Shown here: positions 19,422-29,945 of the stretch, piece by piece
How the letters are laid out: the number at the start of each line of letters is the position of its first letter
Position numbering within the stretch: the first letter of the stretch is position 1
Origin: a virus
DNA: 64,000 bases
Virus record (IMG/VR): IMGVR_UViG_3300032265_003789
Coordinates: 1 to 64,000 of that record
Direction: 5' to 3' (one strand)
Translations under genes and position numbers: made by a program
Notes under the pieces: model-generated
Database searches by the model: none
What the model was told of the DNA's origin: nothing
What the model saw: the letters and a program-made list of their open reading frames with translations, nothing else

Positions 19422-21263
19422 ATGCCTAGACGTTCCGTGCGCACGGAAGTTAGGGAAGAACTAAATTTCCCTAATGACCAGGTAAAAATTGTTAATACAA
19501 ACGATTTAGCCGATTCAATTAACAGCGTAAAAGCAGTTAAGCAGCAACAAGAAGAAGTCATCCCATCTGCACCTGCAATTAGCAACGCTGACCTTATCAA
19601 GCAGGCTATTGATGCTGCTACAGCAATTCAAGGAGAAAAGCTAGCAGTTGAGCTCAAAGCCAAAGAACTAGAAATTGAAAAAACCCTACAAGAGCGCGAC
19701 TTGGCTCATCAGCAAGAGCTCGAAAGCTACAAGGCGACCCTTGAAGCTTTGACTGCTAAAACCAGCGAACAAATCGAAAGTATTCAATCAGAACTTAAAC
19801 AAACCAATACAAAGCTTGAAGATGCCAAAGTTGCTGAAAAGCGCATGGCTGAAGTATTCAAACTACATGGTAAAGCAAACCCAGTGGTACAAACTAAGAC
19901 TCCCGCTTTGAACGTTCTGACCTCCACTACTTCTGATCGCATGGTTGGCGCCTTTGCTGAATTCCAGGCGATTAAACAGAAATCCCAGCAAGTCCTTAAG
20001 CAGTCCTCCAAAGGTACTGCTTACGTGATGGGTGACTTTAGAGAAGCTGATCGCTTTGTTACTGAAAACCGCAAAGCGGTAATCAAAGACCTTGAAGCTT
20101 TTGCTAAGAAAAACGGCATGCTCCAAGGGCTCAACCCAACTCCAGAAGCTATCAAGCAGGCAAGCACTCAGATTACTGATGTGCCCGGTGGCTTCCTTGA
20201 TACTCTAAGCTCTATTGTTCGTACCACTCACAGACCCGGCTTTGTCTTCTGGCAATTTGCCCAGACTGAGTTCAACTACCTCAAAGGTGAAGGCTCCAAC
20301 GTATTAGTTCAGCGCGCTGCTTACGCTGCTGCTTCTAACAACCCAGCCGATTGGGAATTAAGTGGCGGTGGTAGCTTTGTTGCAATTGACAATACCCTAC
20401 AGCAGATCACTACTGGTACTGTTCCTATCACCCTAAAAGAATACGGACTAGGTAAATCTGGCACAACCAATCAGCCAATCTCCCTACCTAGCTTTGTCAT
20501 GGCGTACTCCATGATTGATCTAGTATCTGTTCTAGAGCGCAACTTAGGACAAAACTACGCTTACTTTGAAGACCTCAAAATCAGATCTCTCTATGCTGGT
20601 ACTAGCGTTAGGCTCTATAACAATAACAGCTCTGTTGTCTCAGCAGGCTCTGGCGTATCCGCAGGTACAGCAACTAATCCTTCTGGAGTAATCACCAAAG
20701 AATTCTTGATTAACCTTTACGCCTATATGTTAGGTCGTCAGGTTGAGCGCTTTGCTGATGGCTGTTACGCGCTGGTACTGCATCCTACTGCTGCTAGCCA
20801 ATTCTTAAATTCCTTGGCCGCGCTTTACAGGTTTGTTACCAAAGACGATATTGAAGCGCTAACCACAATTCTCAACCCCGGTGTAATTCAACCAGAAAAC
20901 GGTTCTAGAGTTTCTGGCTATATCGGTACTTACTACAACTTCCATATCTTCCAATCCAACTCTTTTAGTGTTGGCGCGGCCGCAACTGAAGGAGTACAAA
21001 CTGAAACCATTGGATCTACCTCTGGCGTTCTCACTCGCACTAGCTACGCATTTGGTAATGCGGCGGTTGGTCGCGGTGTTGGTACTCCAATGGAAATCAG
21101 ACAGAACGAAATCACTAACTATCAACGTTTGAACTCCTATATCTGGAGATCTGAAGAAGGCTTTGCCCCTCTTGACGTTGATCCTACTGGTTACTCTGAT
21201 GCTTCTGCTGTTCCTCAACAGCTTCGAGTATTCCAAATTCGCTCTACTGATATCGCGGTATAA
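19422..21263 (+). CDS. Major capsid protein with N-terminal coiled-coil scaffold
   Basis: 613 aa; E/K/Q/A-rich N-terminal coil; ITLKEYG, YALVLHP, GYIGTYYNFHIFQSN HK97-fold-like motifs. Confidence 0.85.
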   Translation: MPRRSVRTEVREELNFPNDQVKIVNTNDLADSINSVKAVKQQQEEVIPSAPAISNADLIKQAIDAATAIQGEKLAVELKAKELEIEKTLQERDLAHQQELESYKATLEALTAKTSEQIESIQSELKQTNTKLEDAKVAEKRMAEVFKLHGKANPVVQTKTPALNVLTSTTSDRMVGAFAEFQAIKQKSQQVLKQSSKGTAYVMGDFREADRFVTENRKAVIKDLEAFAKKNGMLQGLNPTPEAIKQASTQITDVPGGFLDTLSSIVRTTHRPGFVFWQFAQTEFNYLKGEGSNVLVQRAAYAAASNNPADWELSGGGSFVAIDNTLQQITTGTVPITLKEYGLGKSGTTNQPISLPSFVMAYSMIDLVSVLERNLGQNYAYFEDLKIRSLYAGTSVRLYNNNSSVVSAGSGVSAGTATNPSGVITKEFLINLYAYMLGRQVERFADGCYALVLHPTAASQFLNSLAALYRFVTKDDIEALTTILNPGVIQPENGSRVSGYIGTYYNFHIFQSNSFSVGAAATEGVQTETIGSTSGVLTRTSYAFGNAAVGRGVGTPMEIRQNEITNYQRLNSYIWRSEEGFAPLDVDPTGYSDASAVPQQLRVFQIRSTDIAV

Positions 21264-21267
21264 ACCA

Positions 21268-21552
21268 ATGGCAGCAGTACCAAATCAAAACGGTACTACT
21301 AAAGTAGCTGAGGGGCTCAAGCAGCCCTCTGCTGCTCAAATAGTAACCGAGCAGATTAATTCTCCAGGCAAAACCAGTAAAGCCAAAAACTTACCAGAGT
21401 TTGTTGATTTTCGCAGTTCAGCAGATTATCAACTCTGGGTTGGCAACGGGCTCAAAGTCTGTGCCAAGTGTGGCTCTAAAAAAAGCAGTGATGGCTACGG
21501 CAACCTAGTTTGCCCTAACGAGCTGCCAGATTGCACATTTATCAAGGAGTAA
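21268..21552 (+). CDS. Small Cys-rich protein
   Basis: CAKCG...CPN..PDC; follows the capsid gene. Confidence 0.6.
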   Translation: MAAVPNQNGTTKVAEGLKQPSAAQIVTEQINSPGKTSKAKNLPEFVDFRSSADYQLWVGNGLKVCAKCGSKKSSDGYGNLVCPNELPDCTFIKE

Positions 21553-21556
21553 ATTT

Positions 21557-22270
21557 GTGGGGCTACTGACCGTAAACGATGCCCTAACTTTTGTACCTAG
21601 CTGGAGCTCTCTTGACGGGGCTCAGCTAGGCTCTTTAGTGAATCTGATTAACTATACTATTGAATCTCCATCAGGTGCCAATAGAGCTTTGGGTATCACT
21701 CAATATACCGAACTTAAACGTTTGACCCTCAAACTTCAAAATACCTTTCTAAGCTTTAGACCCCTAGTATTTAATCCCACAGTAGATCCCACCTCTCAAA
21801 TCAGCTTTACAGGCAACGATCTATATAAAGCTCATTTCCAAATCAGGATAGCCGACGCGCTCAACTACTATGGTCGGGCTGTACCTGTGCAACCTTGGCT
21901 TACAATTGACAACAAAAACATGGTGCAAGTTGATATCCATGGACAGTTATCTTTATTTTTAACTCAAGCTTATTTTTACAATTTCCCAGAATTTAGCCAG
22001 AGTATCCGGACTATCGCCACAGAAATCAGATGCCAATATTGGGCAGGACTAGACTTTACCAAAACCACTCCTGAGTTGACCAATCTTAAGATAGCCGCTT
22101 GTGAAATTGGCAAGTATCTCCAGAGCAAGCAATATTCTGGAGTATCAAGTATTCAAGGGCCTTTTGATGATCTTACAGTTGGCTTTAATAGCTCTGGAGC
22201 TTCTGCCTATAAAGTGCCAGATTATCTGCTTTTACCCTTTAGGAGATATAGAGCCAAAACGGTTTTTTAA
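21557..22270 (+). CDS. Head-tail connector (adaptor) protein
   Basis: IRCQYWAG...LKIAACEI...LLLPFRR, typical adaptor C-terminus; position after capsid. Confidence 0.7.
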   Translation: MGLLTVNDALTFVPSWSSLDGAQLGSLVNLINYTIESPSGANRALGITQYTELKRLTLKLQNTFLSFRPLVFNPTVDPTSQISFTGNDLYKAHFQIRIADALNYYGRAVPVQPWLTIDNKNMVQVDIHGQLSLFLTQAYFYNFPEFSQSIRTIATEIRCQYWAGLDFTKTTPELTNLKIAACEIGKYLQSKQYSGVSSIQGPFDDLTVGFNSSGASAYKVPDYLLLPFRRYRAKTVF

Positions 22271-22313
22271 TTGTTGCTAAAATCAGACAAGTAACAATCA
22301 ATACAAACCAAGT

Positions 22314-23792
22314 ATGACTCAATATATTTTAAATAATAATGTTCCGCTGGTTGACAAATCTCAAGAATTCAAAGAGCAGGTAATCAATAACGCCCTACTA
22401 GCTACTAGCTGTTTGACCCGTAGCGTGCTCACTAGGACTCTTGCCACCCCACCGGGCTCTCCAGCAGACGAATCTCTATATATAATTCCTGCCACGGGAT
22501 CCACTGGGGATTGGGCAAATAAAGCCAATCAATTAGTTTTGTATTATAATTCTCTGCCCTTGTACTTTCAGCCCTACGAGGGGCTAGTAGTTTTTGTAAT
22601 TGATGAGCAAGTATGGTACAACTACCATGGCAGCGCTTGGGAGCCAATCAATACGGGAGCTAGCGGTGGTAGCACCAATCCCTTAACTGCCCTTGGGGAT
22701 ATTTATGTGGGCAGAGCTAGTGGCGCTGCTTCAAGATTGCCAGTAGGAACTAATGGCTCTTTTCTCCAATCCGATAGCACTCAAACCCTAGGGTTGAAAT
22801 GGCAATCTATACCAACACTGCCGACAACTAGCCAAGCTCAAGCAGGGTTTTCTCCAGTAATCAACAGCGCAGGTACAGCTTACACCTTACAGCCGGGCTT
22901 ACCCTTGCCAGCTTTAGCCTCAGCCGGGTTTATCCCTGTGGTAAATGCCCAAGGCACAGCTTATACCTTACAGCAAGTTGGCTCAGGCAGTGGTAGCGGT
23001 GGCTCTACTACTACTTTTAGCAATACTCCCCCCAATAGTCCAACTCAAGGTACAAGCTGGTTTAGCCAGAGCACGAACAAACTTTATCTCTATCAAACTG
23101 ATTCACGCAGTTTATCAGCTTGGGTACCAGTTGGCACAGGAAACGGGCTATTTGCAGCCTATCCTCTAGAGCTCAATTTCAACGCGCTACCTCTAGCCAA
23201 TAGCGCCTTGGATCACTGGACGCTTGGGGATTCGCTTATCGATAATGTCGGAGTCACCCTTGGTACTACCGTCCATGTTGGCACAAGCTCTGGCGCATTC
23301 AATGGCAGGAGCTATATAGGTATCACTAGCGCAATAGGCGATGTGTTTGATTTTGGCTCTGGAGATTATACGGTCACCCTTTGGTTTAATCTGAGCGATT
23401 TTGATGCTAGTGGAAATGCAATCTTGTTCAGCAAGTGGCAAAACCCCGGGTATAGCTATATAGCGGGGGTTACAGCAAGTAGTGTAAACTTTAGTTCACA
23501 ATCAGCAACAGGCGCTTTAGATAGCGGTGTATCGGGCTCAGTGTCAATTAATACAGGCACTTGGTATCACTACGCTATATCCCGTCTGGCAGGTCAAAGG
23601 CGATTGTTCCTAAATGGCACTCTGCTGCAAACCACTACAGATTTTACGCAATATACCAGCAACGCGTCGCCTTTTGTCATTGGCGCCAATGGGGATGCTG
23701 GTATTGTCTGGAATATTTATGGATTTGTGGAGCAATTTAGGGTTTATCGCAAGGGGATCTATACTGCTAATTTCACGCCTCCCACTAGCTAG
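22314..23792 (+). CDS. Fibre/receptor-binding protein: DUF2793-like N-terminus plus LamG/ConA-like C-terminus
   Basis: INNAL...TLATPPGSPAD..YIIPATG.TGDWA; DFGSGDYTV.LWF, WYHYAISR..G..RLFLNG, YTANFTPP. Confidence 0.8.
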   Translation: MTQYILNNNVPLVDKSQEFKEQVINNALLATSCLTRSVLTRTLATPPGSPADESLYIIPATGSTGDWANKANQLVLYYNSLPLYFQPYEGLVVFVIDEQVWYNYHGSAWEPINTGASGGSTNPLTALGDIYVGRASGAASRLPVGTNGSFLQSDSTQTLGLKWQSIPTLPTTSQAQAGFSPVINSAGTAYTLQPGLPLPALASAGFIPVVNAQGTAYTLQQVGSGSGSGGSTTTFSNTPPNSPTQGTSWFSQSTNKLYLYQTDSRSLSAWVPVGTGNGLFAAYPLELNFNALPLANSALDHWTLGDSLIDNVGVTLGTTVHVGTSSGAFNGRSYIGITSAIGDVFDFGSGDYTVTLWFNLSDFDASGNAILFSKWQNPGYSYIAGVTASSVNFSSQSATGALDSGVSGSVSINTGTWYHYAISRLAGQRRLFLNGTLLQTTTDFTQYTSNASPFVIGANGDAGIVWNIYGFVEQFRVYRKGIYTANFTPPTS

Positions 23793-24172
23793 CTATAGTA
23801 AAGCGATAAGGAATCGGTAGGCTCTAAGTCAAAAGCTCCAGTCCAAATCAGTTGTGTTCCATTAATATAATATTGAGCGCCAAAGCCCTGTTGTTGCCCA
23901 TTTAAAAATAGCAGGGTCTCGGTGGGACGCACTGGAGGATGCCTCAGCGTAAATTGAGTCTGCCCCAGACTAGGATTAAAAATATCTAGATACTGGGATA
24001 TAACTTGGACTTGGTTTATCGTAAATCCGCTGGGGTTTACTAGGGCTGTAACCACCTGCTGAGCTTGAGGGGTGACTGTAACCACCTGCTGAGCTTGGGG
24101 AACAACAGTAACAACAGTGGGTGATCCAACTTGAATAGTATAATTGTCGCTCATTTTAACCGTTCCATCCAA
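23789..24172 (-). CDS. Putative virion appendage protein
   Basis: GQTQFTL...LFLNGQ.Q....YYING..L.W motif; PQAQQVVT repeat. Confidence 0.55.
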   Translation of the reverse strand: MDGTVKMSDNYTIQVGSPTVVTVVPQAQQVVTVTPQAQQVVTALVNPSGFTINQVQVISQYLDIFNPSLGQTQFTLRHPPVRPTETLLFLNGQQQGFGAQYYINGTQLIWTGAFDLEPTDSLSLYYS

Positions 24173-25091
24173 TTGTCCTATTTGGCTCAGTTACTCTTGG
24201 GCTCACCTCGACATAGCCTGAAGCAATCTTTGTATTTTTAAATAAAATGTGAGCATTATAAGAAATCAATGTTGATGAGTTTGCAGTCCTAGAGGTTTCT
24301 AATGCTGTTCCTGGTAACACCCTGATTGTGCCATCTTGATAATCAATATAACCAATGCCATAATTAACAAGTTGAGCAAAAGTCAAAGGATTTTGTTCAA
24401 GGTCTGCTGAATTTATTCCAGATAAAGAGCCAGCTATAACAGGAAGATTATCTTGATTAGTAACAATATTTCCTTGCTCATCGTAATTGAAATACCAAAG
24501 TGAGTTAATTTCAAGCAACGTTGGGGTGATTTTTTGCCCATCAAAGCGTTTCTGAATATTGGTATTAAGATCTACAATTGTTCCCTCTGGTGGGATTGTA
24601 TTTAGCTCCACGTAAGGTAAAAAATCACCCCAGCGAGTTGGGGTAGTAGGACGCGCTGTCAAGCTAACCCAAATATCGTACACGTAAATATTATTACCAG
24701 GAATAGGCGTTTCCTTGCTTGATTTCCTATTGTTAGTATGCGGCAAACTAGCGCTCTGGGTAGCGCTCAACGTGGGAATAATTGTAGTCAAATCACTGGT
24801 TGGATCATAAACAAAAGTTTCAAAATACCAATTAACCAAAGGGGGCTCATTTGGCTCTGAATCTGCATAGTTTTTTCTGATAGAGCCGTTGACTGTATAA
24901 GCATAAGTTTTAGCATTGCTACCAGCATTTAAAGGATTAAAGTTAGGATCAACTGTTGTCAAATCTTCGGGCTCTTGAATTACAATTTTGTTGTAATCTG
25001 CGCCTTGCTCTATTGATAAATCCACTGGGTTGCCATTGGCATCTAGCAGGTTTAAATTATCGGTTTTTGTCAGATGAAGTACTATACTCAT
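24156..25091 (-). CDS. Putative virion structural / baseplate-upper-like protein
   Basis: LSIEQGAD.., YVYDI, GYVEVSPRVT; ATG overlaps the upstream stop (ATGA). Confidence 0.55.
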   Translation of the reverse strand: MSIVLHLTKTDNLNLLDANGNPVDLSIEQGADYNKIVIQEPEDLTTVDPNFNPLNAGSNAKTYAYTVNGSIRKNYADSEPNEPPLVNWYFETFVYDPTSDLTTIIPTLSATQSASLPHTNNRKSSKETPIPGNNIYVYDIWVSLTARPTTPTRWGDFLPYVELNTIPPEGTIVDLNTNIQKRFDGQKITPTLLEINSLWYFNYDEQGNIVTNQDNLPVIAGSLSGINSADLEQNPLTFAQLVNYGIGYIDYQDGTIRVLPGTALETSRTANSSTLISYNAHILFKNTKIASGYVEVSPRVTEPNRTIGWNG

Positions 25092-25234
25092 TGGCTTACT
25101 CCTGTGGGCCAAAGTTGCCCAGTGGTGATTTGTGGACGAGCATTTAATTCATTCGTACTAGCAGTAATAGTATTTGCAGAAATTGAATAATTTTTTATTA
25201 ATACATTATTTAACCCAACGGTAAAATTTGCCAT
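25088..25234 (-). CDS. 48-aa protein (MANFTVGLNN...TGQLWPTGVSQ), not in ORF track
   Basis: Exactly fills the gap, translationally coupled on both sides. Confidence 0.65.
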   Translation of the reverse strand: MANFTVGLNNVLIKNYSISANTITASTNELNARPQITTGQLWPTGVSQ

Positions 25235-25235
25235 A

Positions 25236-26012
25236 TTAAGTGATCCTCACATAGAATCCTTGAGTTGCCGCAGTAGGCGAAATATATTTCCACACCTGCG
25301 ATCCACTAGTATAGGTATCGTTAAAACTTGCACTAGCAACCCTAAATCCAATATCGGTAGAGCTTAATCCCAATCCCTGAATTGAAAGTGGATAAGCAAT
25401 TACTGGAGTAGTATTATATACGGGCAACGATGCACTACCTAAAGAATAAGTGTATTGAGCATTGCCAGTTGCCCCTTGGCTGTTTCTAGTAGTTGGCGTA
25501 ATCGTGCCATTATTGAGAATTGCTTGAATTGAGGGCATTGTATTTTCAGATTGAAAAGCGTTGTTGCTGGTAGTGGCAATATAACCCAAAGCCAATACAC
25601 TTGTAAAAGCAGGATTGTATAAAGTAATTATTCCGTAACTTGTATTGTCAGTATAAGTACTATAGGATATTGTTGATCCCGGGACCCAATTTAAGTTTGA
25701 GGCAATTGTTCCAGAATTAGTCCCTGAACTAGTGCCTGTATTCCAAGTTTCGGAAATTGAAATATTGGCAAACCGTTGATAACCATCAATTTGAGTTGTA
25801 TTGATAGACAAATAAACTGTATTATACGATCCACTCCCAATTGGATTTGTAATAGCGTACACAAGTAAATTTGGACTGCTGCTTTGATAAAGCGTAATAT
25901 TTGTATTGGTGGCAGTGATTGCAGCAAAAGCCGCGGCAATTGCATTAAACGTATTTAGGGATGTAGTTCCAGTTGTGTAGTAGCTGTTTACTGTTGATGT
26001 AACTGCTGGCAT
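25236..26012 (-). CDS. Putative virion fibre/appendage protein
   Basis: T/S/N/G-rich beta composition, within the structural operon. Confidence 0.55.
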   Translation of the reverse strand: MPAVTSTVNSYYTTGTTSLNTFNAIAAAFAAITATNTNITLYQSSSPNLLVYAITNPIGSGSYNTVYLSINTTQIDGYQRFANISISETWNTGTSSGTNSGTIASNLNWVPGSTISYSTYTDNTSYGIITLYNPAFTSVLALGYIATTSNNAFQSENTMPSIQAILNNGTITPTTRNSQGATGNAQYTYSLGSASLPVYNTTPVIAYPLSIQGLGLSSTDIGFRVASASFNDTYTSGSQVWKYISPTAATQGFYVRIT

Positions 26013-26410
26013 TAGTTCTCCAATGAGTCAATATATGTGATCGTGATAGTTATTGTACCAGTGGCGCCATTATTGGTGATTGTGATTGGATAGCTAGTGG
26101 AAGCTGGGGTTTCTGCGTTTATCGGAAAAGGCACAGGATTAAAAATTACAAAAGTTTTGTTTATCTCAAAAATTACTCCAGTTCCGCTAGTAGCAAGAGT
26201 GCCAAGCGCTCTAGTACTATCGGCGCTTTGAGATGCTGTATTGTTGTAGAGCCTGACTCGGCATGTCGTAGAACAGCTAATTGAAAATAATGCGCAGGAT
26301 TTGGGTAGGGTGATTGTGCCAGAGAATGTGGACCCTGCCGTGATTGACTGGCTAATGGAGCTAGTTTTTTTGACAATTTCAATTTGTTTGGCTTGAATTA
26401 GTTTGACCAT
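26012..26410 (-). CDS. Putative virion appendage protein
   Basis: CRVRLY...SQSADSTR.....GTGVI motif found in phage tail proteins. Confidence 0.55.
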   Translation of the reverse strand: MVKLIQAKQIEIVKKTSSISQSITAGSTFSGTITLPKSCALFSISCSTTCRVRLYNNTASQSADSTRALGTLATSGTGVIFEINKTFVIFNPVPFPINAETPASTSYPITITNNGATGTITITITYIDSLEN

Positions 26411-26412
26411 TA

Positions 26413-27120
26413 TTAAGGATTGTATTCATAATTTGCGGTCACTGTATCGGTTGTTGTGATATTAAACCCGTTATTGGGGTTGATTGTGACTGCTTTATTG
26501 GTCACAGAAAATAGTGGAGCTGTATCAGTAGTTTGATAGGGAACTGTATTAACCCTAAATGTTACGCCATACAAGGGAGTATAGGTTAATTGCTGTGAGA
26601 TTGTATTAGTAGAAGCCACTGTGAGTACTTCTCTAATTGTGCGCACTTCCTTGACTACAGAGCTATCTAGTTCAACTACACCAACTCTGGTGAGCGCATC
26701 TGGAGGAAAAGTTGCTAGGCTAAAAACATAAATTATGTTTGTACCAATAGAAGTAGCAGAAGCAAAAGAATAAGCGGTTTCAGTACCAGAAACCAAGCTG
26801 TAAAAACTTAAAGTCCAAACGGGGCTAGAATAAGTTAATTTTCCGTAGACAAAATTACCAACTGAGTCTTTAAATTCGGATTTATCAGTCGCATCATAAA
26901 TCTGTAATCTGGTAGATCCAGTTTGAATTCCCTGCCCTTCATCGTAGGTTGTAAATTCCCGATAAGTGACGCTAGTGCCTCCTTTCCCTGCGGTATTACA
27001 AGCAGTAGAAAGAGCGCTAGTGATATTAGCTGAACTACCAGAAACACTTATCCCACTTAGGACAATATAAGCGTGAATAAAACCATCGAGTTGCTTGAGC
27101 GAAATTAAATTATTGGCCAT
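26413..27120 (-). CDS. Putative virion structural protein
   Basis: T/S-rich; VYGKLT...WTLSFY motif. Confidence 0.55.
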   Translation of the reverse strand: MANNLISLKQLDGFIHAYIVLSGISVSGSSANITSALSTACNTAGKGGTSVTYREFTTYDEGQGIQTGSTRLQIYDATDKSEFKDSVGNFVYGKLTYSSPVWTLSFYSLVSGTETAYSFASATSIGTNIIYVFSLATFPPDALTRVGVVELDSSVVKEVRTIREVLTVASTNTISQQLTYTPLYGVTFRVNTVPYQTTDTAPLFSVTNKAVTINPNNGFNITTTDTVTANYEYNP

Positions 27121-27144
27121 AATATTTTACGTATTTACTTAATT

Positions 27145-29853
27145 CTATACTACATTTAATTTTGGGCTATTGCCATCAGATACTCCCCAGCTATTAGGAT
27201 TATCTATAGCCTGATAGATAAAGGGATAGCTGCCACCGGAGGTAAAGAATTGATCGTAAGTCGCTTGACAGAAAGCTGTATTACGAGAATCTAAGTTGGC
27301 ATAATACCCTACGTTTGGCACATTGGAGCTGTAGCCAGATCCTCCCATATTGATTGTGTACGCATTTGCGCTGTTATTGGTAATATTCTGGTTAAAATCC
27401 CACCCTCCCTCGTAGCCTACTAAATCTCCTAAATTGTATTTATTAATCAAGGTTTTATCTGCTGGCACAGTACCAATCCCAGTGGCTGCATTGAAAGCAG
27501 CAATTAATTGAGGATTGCCAGCCTCAGCAAACATCGCGTTGACTGTTTGTATTCCTAAGCCAGTAAAATAAACAGCTTGAACCGAGGTATTAGTAAAGGT
27601 GACATTGTATTGATAATTGCTATTACCTGTATTAAAAGCTATAGTCCGGCAAAATTGCCAATCAGTGCGTTGTGGTGCGGTAGTACCGTTCCCTCCTTCA
27701 GAGAAAACTAACGGCTGACCATTATTAATAGCCGGCCCTCCATTTACTGGAGTAAGTGATACTGTTAAGCCAGCACCATAATCGCTTTGTGCTATTGCGG
27801 CAAGAAAAGTAATATCTGCCCAGCCACCGGTAAAAGTAATTGTCTGGGATACTTCCCCTCCTTGGTTTAATCGCAGGCAGTAATCCCCAGCGCTTGCACC
27901 TTGAATTTGCCCATCGCCTGATGCGGCTAGTCCAGTGATCGCCAAATCATAGGAAATGGTATTGCTAGTAACAGCAGTGATCGTCACAGCTCTAGGAGTT
28001 TTATTCCAAGTGTTAACAGGATCTAAATTACTATATCCCTCTAGAGCCACATATTGCACTATGACCTGATCTCCTACTACAAAAGAGTGCGGTTTTACCG
28101 TGGCCAGAGTAACTGTATTACCAGATTGACTAGCGCCATTTAGTGCAATAAAAGCCACCTCTCCTGGAATATCAGGTTTAGCGGATTTTGATACAAGGCT
28201 AGTGCTACCGCTAGTCGTCCATCCAGTTGTGTTGCCGTTGAAATTATTATTAATGAATTCCACTTGGCTGTAGCCTCCAACTAGTACGTCAACATACCAA
28301 CCACCGCCTCCGCCTGCAAAATAGTAGCGCACTGGATGAGCAGTGAAAGTGTCTTGTATGAACTTCAAACCTCGATCTGCTGTGGTACCACTATCGCCGT
28401 ACTGCCATTCTAATATTGGCTTAATTTGGGCAGTAGGATTAGAAGCCTCTATCGCGGTTTCACCAAAAGTTGATTTAAAAATATCTGATATTTGCTTGAG
28501 CCTGAGCGCTACCCAGACCGGCCCAATTGACCAACCAAAGCTCCCACCATCAACTTTACTAAACCAGCTTGGAGCAAACTTGGGATATAGTGGCGTGGTA
28601 TTAGAAGTAAACGTACTTTGAGCAAAATTGTCCGCTAGATGATTAGCGGCGATAAAAGCGCTCATCGCCTGCCCATCTAAATAGCCTTGATTGCCACCGC
28701 CTGGGTAAATTGAATCGCTTTGTATATTGTGGAGAAAATCATAATAAGCTCTTTGAGAAAGCTGGTTAGCCCAGCCAATATCTTGGTTGAAACTACTGCA
28801 AAAAGCGCTGTTCCAAAGCTCATTCCCATACTCAATATAGAGCTTACTAGTGTTATTAAGTGGAGCCCACAGCGGGTTAGTTTGAGTTGAATTATATGGG
28901 TCAGTTCCATCGCTACCGTACTTGAAGAGATTAGCTAGTTTCTGGAGATAATCAAGGCTAATCAGTATAGGAATATTTATATATAAATCAGTGTGGGATT
29001 GATTGGCTAGCGCTATCAATACTTCCCAAGGAATTTCAGTTTGTAAGCCAACAGTGTCGTTTTGAGTATAGATTGTTGTCGGGCCTTTACCTACTATTTG
29101 ATTTAGCGTAGAGTTGTTGCCCCAGCTCCAGCAATTTGGAGTAGTGCGATCACTCCAATCCGTGGTCAAATTGATATTAGTTGCCGCGCTATCCATGTGG
29201 CGAATTCCTGTTACCTTAGCGGCAATCCCTAGAGCTTTTTCGCTGAAGATTTGTCCTACAGGATGCGGACTGCCATCAGCTTTAGGCTGCATCAAATAGA
29301 TATTTTGCACACCGCCAGTGGTTTGCAAAAAGGCTATATAAAAAGGGCCACCCGGATTATTAAAAGTGAACCTCGCGGTGGTTTTGTTAGTAGCAGGATC
29401 GTAACCTTGACCTATCAATAAAGTGTTAGCTGGATTGCCAGAGAGATCAACCCCGGGCATTGACCAAGTGACGTTTTGATATCCAATAAATACTTGAGCT
29501 CTGCCAGTAAATTGCACTAAATAGGTGCCAGCTTTGCTGCTAGCAAAATAGATACTGGCATCAACTGTCGGATTGCCATTTACTATTTGATTGGCGCTTA
29601 GGGCTTGATTGTTGTTAGCCCCAGCGCCCCAAGGGTATGGCGTGATATTGATTAAATTGGCGTAAAGCTCAGGGCTTTTGGAAAAGTTGATGCCAAGCTT
29701 TCTTCTGTTGCTTGGTGGAGGTGTGGGGTTGTTATTTTGCAGATTGGTTAGGGTAAAGATTCCCGTGACGTTTGTTTTTATTTTGATTAGGTCTTTGGGG
29801 TCTATCGAAAATTGATATTTTCCGGGAGTTGGTTGAGTGATTTTTACAGCCAT
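27145..29853 (-). CDS. Large glycoside-hydrolase-like / polysaccharide-binding virion protein
   Basis: IRHMD..ATN, WSDR, IPWEVLIALAN...LYINIP, LYIEYGNELWN, LVGYEGG (TIM-barrel GH-like); start at MAVKIT. Confidence 0.65.
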   Translation of the reverse strand: MAVKITQPTPGKYQFSIDPKDLIKIKTNVTGIFTLTNLQNNNPTPPPSNRRKLGINFSKSPELYANLINITPYPWGAGANNNQALSANQIVNGNPTVDASIYFASSKAGTYLVQFTGRAQVFIGYQNVTWSMPGVDLSGNPANTLLIGQGYDPATNKTTARFTFNNPGGPFYIAFLQTTGGVQNIYLMQPKADGSPHPVGQIFSEKALGIAAKVTGIRHMDSAATNINLTTDWSDRTTPNCWSWGNNSTLNQIVGKGPTTIYTQNDTVGLQTEIPWEVLIALANQSHTDLYINIPILISLDYLQKLANLFKYGSDGTDPYNSTQTNPLWAPLNNTSKLYIEYGNELWNSAFCSSFNQDIGWANQLSQRAYYDFLHNIQSDSIYPGGGNQGYLDGQAMSAFIAANHLADNFAQSTFTSNTTPLYPKFAPSWFSKVDGGSFGWSIGPVWVALRLKQISDIFKSTFGETAIEASNPTAQIKPILEWQYGDSGTTADRGLKFIQDTFTAHPVRYYFAGGGGGWYVDVLVGGYSQVEFINNNFNGNTTGWTTSGSTSLVSKSAKPDIPGEVAFIALNGASQSGNTVTLATVKPHSFVVGDQVIVQYVALEGYSNLDPVNTWNKTPRAVTITAVTSNTISYDLAITGLAASGDGQIQGASAGDYCLRLNQGGEVSQTITFTGGWADITFLAAIAQSDYGAGLTVSLTPVNGGPAINNGQPLVFSEGGNGTTAPQRTDWQFCRTIAFNTGNSNYQYNVTFTNTSVQAVYFTGLGIQTVNAMFAEAGNPQLIAAFNAATGIGTVPADKTLINKYNLGDLVGYEGGWDFNQNITNNSANAYTINMGGSGYSSNVPNVGYYANLDSRNTAFCQATYDQFFTSGGSYPFIYQAIDNPNSWGVSDGNSPKLNVV

Positions 29854-29945
29854 AATAGTTACAATACATTTTGATATTTCTAGAATACCATTAGAGAAAA
29901 ATGGCAATTTGATACTATTAGTAAGACACAATTAAAACAAACAAT